The position numbers and the translations under genes are program-made. Below are positions 1-8,239 of a stretch of DNA of 51,392 nucleotides, piece after piece. Source of the DNA: Candidatus Binatia bacterium (GTDB lineage Bacteria; Desulfobacterota; Binatia; UBA1149; CAITLU01); assembly GCA_046260515.1 (NCBI GenBank), contig JBHEPB010000260.1:1-51392 (forward strand). The letters run 5' to 3'. Under the pieces are notes generated by a model. The model saw only the letters and a list, made by a program, of their open reading frames with translations. It did not search any database and was not told the origin of the DNA. Every line of letters begins with the position of its first letter. Position 1 is the stretch's first letter.

Positions 1-341
1 GCCAGGTGCCTCGCCAGTTCGCCGTGGGCCTCGGCGATGGCGTCCTCGAAATCTTCCATTCCCGGCGACGGTTCCAGTCCATGGTTGCCGACGAGGTGCT
101 TCATCCCCATGCCGAGGAGGCGGGCGGAGACGTCCTCTCGCCCGCGGCCCGTGATCACCGCGCAGGGATAAAGGGTGCACACCCTGGCCAACAGCTCGCG
201 GGTCGTCGGTCTCAGGAAGGCCGCGTCGCGATCGGCGACGATCGGCGCCAATGTGCCGTCGAAGTCGAAGGCCAGCAGGACCTTCGAGCGGGCCAGGTCG
301 GCCAGCCGCCCACGGCCTTCGTCGCCGAGGATGGGAATCAT
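1..341 (-). CDS. otsB: trehalose-6-phosphate phosphatase (HAD family), N-terminal part; the gene runs off the left edge of the window
   Basis: Absent from the ORF track because there is no stop in the window. Manual translation from the ATG at 341..339 gives [71 protein letters not shown]... This contains HAD motif I (DFDGTL). The start overlaps the otsA stop as ATGA (338-341). Confidence 0.8.
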   Translation of the reverse strand, partial: MIPILGDEGRGRLADLARSKVLLAFDFDGTLAPIVADRDAAFLRPTTRELLARVCTLYPCAVITGRGREDVSARLLGMGMKHLVGNHGLEPSPGMEDFEDAIAEAHGELARHL

Positions 342-2584
342 GCGGGTCCTCCGCTTGCGGGGATCCCCGTGGTCGTCAGGCGACCGGTCATGCGCTCGCG
401 CCGTCTCACCTCAGCGGCGTCGATCAGCATGCGGCCGGCCCAGCGGTACACGTTGAACTCGGAAACCATGCGCCGCATCGACTCCATCCTCTCGCGCTGC
501 TCGTCGGGCGGCATGCGCAGCGCGGCGGCCAGGGCTTCGCCGGCCTGGCGGGGGTCGTAAGGGTTGACGATCAACGCCTCGGTCAGGTCGCGGGCCGCCC
601 CGGTGAACTGGCTCAGCACGAGCACGCCGCGGCCGTCCTCGCGGGCCGCCACGAACTCCTTGGCAGCGAGGTTCATTCCGTCGTGCAGGCTGCTCACGTA
701 GCAGACGTCGGCCGCGCGGAAGTAGCGGAAAACGTCCACCGGCTCGTGGTGGAAGCGCCGGAGAATGACGGCAGGGTTGCGGCCCCCCGCCCATCGCGCG
801 TTGATCTGCTCCGCCAGGGCCTCGATGCGCTCGTTGAGCTCGCGGTAGCGCAGGATCTTGGTGCGGCTCGGGGCCGCGAGCTGGATGAACGTGAAGCGTC
901 CCCGGAACTCCGGGTAGAGTTCGAGCATGGTATCGACGGCCTGCAGGCGTTCCTCGATGCCCTTGGTGTAGTCGAGGCGATCCACGCCGATGCCGATCAG
1001 CACGTCGTCGGTGAGCCCGAGTTCGGCGGTTACGCTCCGGCGGCACTCGGGGGGCGGCGGAACGTCCCGAAGCCAGCGCACCGGCCACTCGATGGAAATC
1101 GGATAGGCGCGTACCAGCGTGCGCTGGGTCCCCTGCACCACGGCCGTCGCCTCACGGTCGATGCGGCTCTCGACCAGGGCATCCACGGCGTCGATGAAGT
1201 GGTTGCAGTGCTGCTGCGTATGAAAAGCGACGATGCTCGAGCCGAGCAGGCCCGTGATCACCTCCTGGGCCCAGGGGCAGATGCCGATCCTCTCGGCGCT
1301 CGGCCAGGGGATGTGCCAGAAGGTGAGGATCGTGGCGCGCGGCAGCTTCTCGCGGATCATCCGCGGGGCGAGCGCGAAGTGGTAGTCCTGCACCAGGATG
1401 ATGGGATCGTCCGAATCCACTTCCTCGCAGACCGCGTCGGCGAAGCGGCGGTTGACGCGCACGTAGTGGTCCCAGTCGTCGGCGCGGAACTGGGGCCGCG
1501 CGTCGGCCACGTGGCAGAGAGGCCAGAGTCCTTCGTTGGAGAAGCCGTAGTAGAAGCCGTTCTCCTCCTCTTCGCTGAGCCAGACGCGCCGTACCACGTA
1601 CGACTCTTCGCCGGGGGGAACGCGGACGTGTCCTGTGGCATCCGCGGTTTCGCGGTCGGCCGACCCGCTGCCGTGGGCCACCCACACGCCGGAGCAGGCG
1701 CGCATCACGGGCTCGAGGGCCGTGACGAGGCCGCTGGCCGGATGCAGCACGCGCAGTTCGCCGTCGATGCGCTCGTGGATCCAGGGCTCGCGGTTGGCGA
1801 GCACGACGATTCGTTCGCCCTGCAGGTGCTCCTTGAGGGTGGCGCGCAGGCGCGCCGCGTCCCAGGGACCGGAGTGGGCCTCGCGCTTGCGCTCCGTGTC
1901 CAGGGTTTCGACGAGGGCGCGCACGTCGCGCAACAGGGGCTGGAAGCGCTTGTTCTCCTGCCCGGCCAGGGCGCGATGCAGATCCGAGGTCCAGCCCTTC
2001 CACGCCAGCCGCGCAGCCACCAGGGTGACGAGCGAAGCGCCGAGCGACAAGGTGAAGAACGCCGCGAGCAGGATGTTCATCATCGTCGTCTCGCGACGGC
2101 TCACGAACTCGAGGTCGTGGACGAGAAGAACGACGCCGAGGGCGCGGTCGCCGGCCTGCAGCGGCACAGCGCTCAGCTGGACCCTTCCGGCGGGAAGCTC
2201 GGTGCTGATCGTCCACGCATCCGTCGCCTCGATGTTGTCGGCGCGCATCCGCTGGAGAATGCTCTTGCAGGAGAACTCCTGGGGATAGGCCTCGGTCGCC
2301 GCGAGCAGGGAGCCGTCGACGGCGCACGCCGCGGCGCCGAGGATCCGTTCGTCCCGCGTGATGTCGCGCAGGTTGGCGGCGAGAATCGCGGGCCCCTCCG
2401 TCCAATGTTCGGCAAGGCTCTGCCTGGCCGCCGCCACCGCGAGTTCGGCGCGCAGGCGCAGGTCCTTGGCGAACCACTGCCCCGTCACCTGCTGCAGGGC
2501 GAAATATCCGGCCAGCGTCAGGACGGCGAGGCCGGCGAGAAGCGAGATCAGGAAGCCGATGGCGCGACGCATCGCTGTTCGCAT
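338..2584 (-). CDS. otsA: alpha,alpha-trehalose-phosphate synthase (GT20) with an N-terminal two-TM extension
   Basis: Track ORF 338..2608, whose first codon is TTG. GT20 hallmarks are [45 protein letters not shown] and [15 protein letters not shown]. In-frame ATGs lie at 2584 and 2572. I chose 2584, so the start is uncertain by about 12-36 nt. Confidence 0.9.
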   Translation of the reverse strand: MRTAMRRAIGFLISLLAGLAVLTLAGYFALQQVTGQWFAKDLRLRAELAVAAARQSLAEHWTEGPAILAANLRDITRDERILGAAACAVDGSLLAATEAYPQEFSCKSILQRMRADNIEATDAWTISTELPAGRVQLSAVPLQAGDRALGVVLLVHDLEFVSRRETTMMNILLAAFFTLSLGASLVTLVAARLAWKGWTSDLHRALAGQENKRFQPLLRDVRALVETLDTERKREAHSGPWDAARLRATLKEHLQGERIVVLANREPWIHERIDGELRVLHPASGLVTALEPVMRACSGVWVAHGSGSADRETADATGHVRVPPGEESYVVRRVWLSEEEENGFYYGFSNEGLWPLCHVADARPQFRADDWDHYVRVNRRFADAVCEEVDSDDPIILVQDYHFALAPRMIREKLPRATILTFWHIPWPSAERIGICPWAQEVITGLLGSSIVAFHTQQHCNHFIDAVDALVESRIDREATAVVQGTQRTLVRAYPISIEWPVRWLRDVPPPPECRRSVTAELGLTDDVLIGIGVDRLDYTKGIEERLQAVDTMLELYPEFRGRFTFIQLAAPSRTKILRYRELNERIEALAEQINARWAGGRNPAVILRRFHHEPVDVFRYFRAADVCYVSSLHDGMNLAAKEFVAAREDGRGVLVLSQFTGAARDLTEALIVNPYDPRQAGEALAAALRMPPDEQRERMESMRRMVSEFNVYRWAGRMLIDAAEVRRRERMTGRLTTTGIPASGGPA

Positions 2585-2634
2585 ATCACGCAGCGATTGG
2601 GTGCCCAACCCCGGCGTGATAGGAATTCTCCTCC

Positions 2635-4401
2635 ATGCATCTCGATGAACTCGCCCTGATCGGCAACTGCCAGATCTCCGCCCTCGTCGCTCGTTCCGGT
2701 GCGATCGTCTGGTCGTGCATGCCGCGCTTCGATTCGGCTCCCGTCTTCGCTTCGCTGCTCGACGCTGAAGATGGAGGCGCTTTCACGATCTGCGCCGCTG
2801 ACGGCAGCGAGGGCGTGCAGCGCTACCTGCCCAACACCAACGTGCTCGAAACGCGCTTCGCATCGCCGGATGGAGCATTCCGCGTGCTCGACCTGGCGCC
2901 GCGCTTCGCGCTCTTCGAGCGCAGCTTCCGGCCCACCAAGCTCGTGCGCATCGTCGAACCGCTGCAGGGAACGCCGAGGATCCGCGTGCGCTGCGAACCG
3001 GTGCTCGGCTGGACGAGGAAGAAGCCCGCCCGCGACTTCGGCTCCCACCACGTGAGCTTCCTCGGGTTCGAGTCGGAGCTGCGACTGACCACCGACGCGC
3101 CGCTCTCCTACCTCGACGGCGAAGCTTTCGCGCTCACCGAGCGCCGCCACTTCGTCCTGTCGTGGGGATCGCCGGTCGAAGAACCGCTGGAGAGACTCTG
3201 CGATCGCTTTCTCGTGGAGACCGTCCGCTACTGGCAACTCTGGGTGAAGCACTGCGACATCCCGCCCCTGTACCAGGAGCAGGTGATCCGCTCGGCCCTG
3301 GCCCTCAAGCTCCACTGCTTCGAGGACACCGGCGCCATCGTCGCCGCCATGACCACCTCGCTCCCCGAAGCGCCGGGCAGCGGGCGAACCTGGGACTACC
3401 GCTACTGCTGGCTGCGCGACGCCTACTACGCCCTCGGCGCCTTCCGTCTCCTCGGGCATTTCGAGGAAAGGGAACAGTTCCTCCAGTTCCTTCTCAACGT
3501 CGCTTCGGCCTCCGAGGACCTCGACCTCGCGCCCCTCTACCGCATCGACGGAAAGACGGACCTCGACGAGCAGCTCCTCGACCACTGGCCCGGCTACCGC
3601 GGGGAGAAACCCGTGCGCGTGGGCAACCAGGCCGCCACCCACCGGCAGTTCGACGTCTTCGGGGAGATGGTGCTCGCCCTCGCTCCGCTCTTCCTCGACG
3701 CCCGCTTCCGCGAACAGGCCACGCCCGCAACCCTCGACCTGATCCGGCGCCTGGCCCGCAAGGCGGTTCGTGTGGCCGGCAAGCCCGACGCGGGCATCTG
3801 GGAGTATCGTTCGGAGTGGAGGCCCCAGACCTTCAGTTCGCTGATGTGCTGGGCCGCGGCCGACCGCATGAGCCGCATCGCCGACGTCCACTGCCCGGGC
3901 GACAAGGCCGAGTTCGTCTCGGCCGCCTCCCACATTCGAGACGAGGTGCTTCGCGAGGCCCTCGATCCCGCTCGCGGATGCCTGGTTGCCGATTACGGCG
4001 GCACGGAAGTGGACGCTGCCCTGCTCCAGGCTGTCACGCTGCGCCTGCTGGATCCCGCCGACCCGAGGATGTCAGCCACCATCGACGCGGTCCGCAGCGA
4101 CCTCTCCGTGGACGGATGGCTCAAGCGCTATCGCCACGACGACGGATTCGGCGTGCCCAAGGTGGCCTTCACGCTCTGCACCTTCTGGCTGGTCGAGGCC
4201 CTGGCCACCGCCGGAAGGGTGGTCGAGGCGCGGGCCCTCATGGGAAAGATCGGCGACATCCGTGCACCGCTCGGCCTGCTCTCGGAAGATTTCGACCCCG
4301 ACACCGGGACGATGTGGGGAAACTTTCCCCAGGCCTACTCCCACGTCGGCATGATCCACGCCGCCTTCGCGGCCTCCCCGAGGTGGTCGGAGATCACCTA
4401 G
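2635..4401 (+). CDS. glycoside hydrolase family 15 protein (glucoamylase/trehalase-like)
   Basis: 588 aa with an ATG start. GH15-like strings are LIGNCQISALV, TWDYRYCWLRDAYYA, GIWEYR and GNFPQAYSHVGMIHAA. It is divergent from otsA with about 50 nt between the starts. Confidence 0.88.
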   Translation: MHLDELALIGNCQISALVARSGAIVWSCMPRFDSAPVFASLLDAEDGGAFTICAADGSEGVQRYLPNTNVLETRFASPDGAFRVLDLAPRFALFERSFRPTKLVRIVEPLQGTPRIRVRCEPVLGWTRKKPARDFGSHHVSFLGFESELRLTTDAPLSYLDGEAFALTERRHFVLSWGSPVEEPLERLCDRFLVETVRYWQLWVKHCDIPPLYQEQVIRSALALKLHCFEDTGAIVAAMTTSLPEAPGSGRTWDYRYCWLRDAYYALGAFRLLGHFEEREQFLQFLLNVASASEDLDLAPLYRIDGKTDLDEQLLDHWPGYRGEKPVRVGNQAATHRQFDVFGEMVLALAPLFLDARFREQATPATLDLIRRLARKAVRVAGKPDAGIWEYRSEWRPQTFSSLMCWAAADRMSRIADVHCPGDKAEFVSAASHIRDEVLREALDPARGCLVADYGGTEVDAALLQAVTLRLLDPADPRMSATIDAVRSDLSVDGWLKRYRHDDGFGVPKVAFTLCTFWLVEALATAGRVVEARALMGKIGDIRAPLGLLSEDFDPDTGTMWGNFPQAYSHVGMIHAAFAASPRWSEIT

Positions 4402-4593
4402 GAACGCGCACTCCTCAGGATCCGGCGCAGCGAGTCGGCTGATTCTCCCCGAGGGTCCCGGCTGGGCGCCCGGCTCCGGAGGCTTCGCAACATCGCGCCC
4501 TTCCCGTCGATGCGAAGGGTCTTGCTCCCTCCCCCGACGGGGATGGATGCTGCGAGCTCCGCGCCAACGGCGCGGAGAGAGGGGGGCCTTTTC

Positions 4594-7533
4594 ATGCGAG
4601 TCTTGTTCCTTGCCGCAGCAGCGATGCTCGGCGCGCTTCTGTCCGGGCCGGCATCAGCCGCGAACATCGTCGCCAATCCCGGGTTCGAGGACACGGACGT
4701 GTCGAACTGGGTCCCCTTCGCAAATGCGGCCGTCCTCGAACGCAGCACCGACGAAGCCCACGACGGCAACGCCTCGATGCACGTCACGGGCCGTTCCCAG
4801 AGCTGGGGAGGCCCGTCCCAGGACCTCTCGGCCGTGCTCGTCCCCGGCACCCGCTACATCGTGTCCGTGTGGGTGCGCATGGACGACGACACCGAGACGA
4901 GGCCCACGCTGAGCATCAAGACGGTCGTCGGCGGCTCGACGGACTACGCAACCGTGGACGCCGTCACGACCACGCACACACGCTGGATCAAGCTGGCCGG
5001 CGTCCACCCTCACGATCCTTCGGGCACGCCGTCCGAGGTCATCCTCTACGTCCACGGCCCCGCGGCCGGCATGAACTTCCGTGTCGACGACGTCTCCGTG
5101 CAGGAGGTGCCGGCGTGGGTGGCGACCCCCTCCACTCCCGCGGATTTCGTGCGTCGCAGCGGGCCCGGTCTGGTCGTCGGTCCCGGCGACACGCCGATCC
5201 GTCTTCGCGGCGTGAACTTCGTCGCGTATGGCGACGAAAGCGAGGACGCCGAAGTAGTGCTCCGCGACCACGACTTCGATCCGGAGGTCGACTTCCGGCG
5301 TGTCGCCGACCTCGGCGGGAACGTCGTGCGCCTGAACCTGTGGTGGAAGGTCTTCGAGGACGCAGCCGCACCGTACACCTGGAAAGAAGAAGGCTGGGCC
5401 TGGCTCGAGCGGATCCTGGTGGAGGCGCGGGCCGCCGGCGTCCGCCTCATCCTCGACATGCACGCCCCCCAGGGCGGATTCCAGGGGCCGGGCTACGAGG
5501 GCCCCTACTGGAACAGCCCGTCGTTGCAGGCCCGGCACGAGGCCCTGCTCGTCGCCCTCGCCACGCGATACCGCGACGAACCGTGGATCGCCGCTTGGGA
5601 CATACTGAACGAGCCCATGCCTCCGGACGACGCGACCTGGCGATCCCGGGCCGCCGAGCTGGTCGACGCGGTTCGCGCGGTGGATCCGAACCACCTCCTC
5701 ATCGTCGAGCAGTCCATGGCGTCCGACTACGGCCCCTTCCTCCTTGCGGACCCGGGCGTCGTCTACGAGTTCCACTGGTACGAACGCTGGCGATGGGTGT
5801 CCCAGCTCTCCTACCCGTCGGCCTGGGGGGACTATGGGATCACCTATCCCGATGCCGAGGCGACGGTTCCTCCGTGGGACGACGTGGCCGGCGCGCTGCA
5901 GCCGAGCGCCCCGGCGACGCCCGGGACGAGCGGATGGACCTGGGTCGAAGGCGCGCCGTTCACGGTCAACGACAGTGAGGTCTACGGCGGCGTACCGGTG
6001 CTGTGGGGAACTTCGATGGGAGGCAGGCTCTGGGCGGACGACTTCGTCGTCGAGGAAGTCGATACGAACGGCGACGTCTTGCACACGTTGACATCCATCG
6101 ACATCGAGAAGCCGCCGACGCAGTGGTGGACGCTGACCGAGTACGAACCCCTGCATTCCTTCACGTCCGACTGGTCCGGCTCGGCTCTCTCCGGGAGCGG
6201 CAGCTGGGGCGTCGAGAGCAGCGGACACCGGGGCGCTGCGTCGATCTCTCTCCGCGGCGCGAGCGGAACCTTCATGGTGGGAGCGAAGAAGCTCCTCGTG
6301 GCGTTGAAGCAGGGCCACCGCTATCGCGTCAGCGGCTGGATGAAGTCGGAGAGCATGACCGGCAACGGGGGGCTCGGCCTGCGGCTGTACGAACTCGCGC
6401 CGTGGGAAACCTTCACGCCGTTCACGAAGGACCACCTGGCAGCGACTTTCCTCTCGGAAGGCATGACTTTCTACGCGAGTGCCGGCGTACCGGTGAACAT
6501 CGGCGAGATCGGCATCACGCCGCGCAACCTCGTTCCGGAGCGCGGGGGCGCCCAGTGGCTCGTCGACACCTTCGACCTCTTCGACGAGCACGACGTCGGC
6601 TACGACTACTTCGACTGGCACAGTTCGAACTTCGGAGCCTACACGAACGCCTATGGATTCCCGGAGCCGGCCGGTGCCAACCAGCCCCTGCTCGACATCC
6701 TGGCCGCGCAATGGGGAGGACCGGGCATCCAGAACCTGATCGCGCTCGCAGGTCCCGACCTCCGCGTGCGCATCGGGGAGGCGGTCAGCCTCGACGGAAC
6801 CACGACCGTCGGAACCGTCGACACGTGGGCCTGGGAACAGATGACGGGCAGTGCGGTGACGCTCGCTGGTGCGGATTCGCCGTCGGCGTCGTTCGCTGCG
6901 CCGCCGTCCGCGCAGGAACTCGAGTTTCGGCTGACGGTGACCGGGCCGGGCGGCAGCAGCGAGGACACGGTGTCGGTCTCGGTCGTGGAACCCTGCCCGG
7001 CCATGCTCGACGAGGCCGGGTGCATCGAGCCGCGCGAGGCTGCGCTGACCATCGACGAGAGGCGACCGGGCAGCGAGAAGATGAAGGCCTCGTGGAAGGG
7101 GTTCGTCGTTGCAACGACGCGCGACGATTTCGGCGATCCCGCTGCCGGCGCCTCGCGTTACTCCGTCTGCCTGTACGCGGATTCGGTCCTCGCCGCAGAG
7201 TACTTCGTCGATCGGGCTGGGGAGCGCTGCGGCGGCAAACCGTGCTGGAAGCAGGCCGGTACGGGCTGGGCCTACAAAGACCCCGCGGCCACCGAGGACG
7301 GCGTACGGCGGCTGCAGGCGAAGCCCGGTTCCGCCGGTGCGGGATCCGCAAAGGCCCTGGGCCAGAACAACCCGGCTAAAGGCCTTTCCAGCCTTCCCAC
7401 TGGGGTGGCTTCGCTTCTGTCGGCAGCAACCGGCGTCACCGCGCAGTTGCGCGTGGACGACGGCACCTGCGTGACGACTGCGATGAACATCGCGAGGGCA
7501 AGGGAACCCGACATCTACAGCGCGGGCCGCTGA
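4594..7533 (+). CDS. secreted GH5-type glycoside hydrolase with N-terminal CBM4_9-like module, inserted beta-sandwich modules and C-terminal Ig/PKD-like plus Cys-containing module
   Basis: Track ORF 4510..7533. I start at the ATG at 4594 (MRVLFLAAAAMLGALLSGPASA, a signal peptide) preceded by GGAGAGAGGGGGG. ANIVANPGFED..W resembles CBM4_9. The GH5 core shows VRLNLWW, LDMHAPQGG, WDILNEP (acid/base Glu), EFHWY and NIGEIGIT (nucleophile Glu). Confidence 0.85.
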   Translation: MRVLFLAAAAMLGALLSGPASAANIVANPGFEDTDVSNWVPFANAAVLERSTDEAHDGNASMHVTGRSQSWGGPSQDLSAVLVPGTRYIVSVWVRMDDDTETRPTLSIKTVVGGSTDYATVDAVTTTHTRWIKLAGVHPHDPSGTPSEVILYVHGPAAGMNFRVDDVSVQEVPAWVATPSTPADFVRRSGPGLVVGPGDTPIRLRGVNFVAYGDESEDAEVVLRDHDFDPEVDFRRVADLGGNVVRLNLWWKVFEDAAAPYTWKEEGWAWLERILVEARAAGVRLILDMHAPQGGFQGPGYEGPYWNSPSLQARHEALLVALATRYRDEPWIAAWDILNEPMPPDDATWRSRAAELVDAVRAVDPNHLLIVEQSMASDYGPFLLADPGVVYEFHWYERWRWVSQLSYPSAWGDYGITYPDAEATVPPWDDVAGALQPSAPATPGTSGWTWVEGAPFTVNDSEVYGGVPVLWGTSMGGRLWADDFVVEEVDTNGDVLHTLTSIDIEKPPTQWWTLTEYEPLHSFTSDWSGSALSGSGSWGVESSGHRGAASISLRGASGTFMVGAKKLLVALKQGHRYRVSGWMKSESMTGNGGLGLRLYELAPWETFTPFTKDHLAATFLSEGMTFYASAGVPVNIGEIGITPRNLVPERGGAQWLVDTFDLFDEHDVGYDYFDWHSSNFGAYTNAYGFPEPAGANQPLLDILAAQWGGPGIQNLIALAGPDLRVRIGEAVSLDGTTTVGTVDTWAWEQMTGSAVTLAGADSPSASFAAPPSAQELEFRLTVTGPGGSSEDTVSVSVVEPCPAMLDEAGCIEPREAALTIDERRPGSEKMKASWKGFVVATTRDDFGDPAAGASRYSVCLYADSVLAAEYFVDRAGERCGGKPCWKQAGTGWAYKDPAATEDGVRRLQAKPGSAGAGSAKALGQNNPAKGLSSLPTGVASLLSAATGVTAQLRVDDGTCVTTAMNIARAREPDIYSAGR

Positions 7534-7630
7534 CCCTCCGGGAGAACGGACAAACCCCGGTTCCAGCGACCTCCGCCGCTTCCTCGAGGAGGACGACGCC
7601 CGGGCTCGCGCGCGGGAGGATGGCCGTTTC

Positions 7631-8191
7631 TCAGGCCGGGGCTTCCTCGTTCTGCCACTGTCCGGCGACCGCGAGCAGCAAGGCCGCCACCGCGTTCTTG
7701 TGCTCGAGGAGCACGAGGCGGGTCACGCGGTCCGGTCCGTAGAGCAGTTCGCCCAGATCATGCTCGTCGATCTCGAGGCGGATGGCATGAAGGCGGGGAC
7801 CGTGGCGCCTCAGCAGGCCCTCGACGTTGCGATAGAAACGCTCCGAGCCGTCGTTGGTGACGAGCAGCAGGCGGGAGATGCGCACGGCCGCGTTCCGGTC
7901 CGGCTGCGCAGCCAAGGCCAACCCCCTTTCCTCCTCGGCCAGCCGGCGCTCTGCAGCTTCGAGGCCGCGTACCACGAAGCCGGCCTGGTTGGCCGAAAGA
8001 AGTGCGGCCTTCACCGCTTCGCCGGGAGCGAGGGAAGCCGCGTGGAAGACGGCTCCGCTCCAGAGGGGACGGGCGCGACGAAGGAGATGCTCCGACAGCC
8101 GCGACGCCCGGGGATCCGCCTCGATGGTCTTCGGAAGCCGCGGCGCCGGCCCCGCGGCAACGGAACCTCCGCCTGTCGACTCACCGTCCAC
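7631..8191 (-). CDS. hypothetical protein, possibly L7Ae/L30e-like fold
   Basis: 186 aa with a GTG start and high GC3. The motif order GFVVRGLEAAERRL ... RLLLVTNDGSERFYRNVEGLLRRHG ... EHDLGELLYGP..TRLVLL resembles the L7Ae/YlxQ pattern. This is a fold guess only. Confidence 0.5.
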   Translation of the reverse strand: MDGESTGGGSVAAGPAPRLPKTIEADPRASRLSEHLLRRARPLWSGAVFHAASLAPGEAVKAALLSANQAGFVVRGLEAAERRLAEEERGLALAAQPDRNAAVRISRLLLVTNDGSERFYRNVEGLLRRHGPRLHAIRLEIDEHDLGELLYGPDRVTRLVLLEHKNAVAALLLAVAGQWQNEEAPA

Positions 8192-8239
8192 GAGGGACAG
8201 CTACGCGGTTCCGGTCCTCATCACCAGCGCCTTGCCCCT

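Noticed and set aside
251-2659. An 802-aa plus-strand ORF antisense to otsA.
   Set aside because: The opposite strand carries unmistakable GT20 motifs. This frame is R/G/A/H-rich and has no domains.
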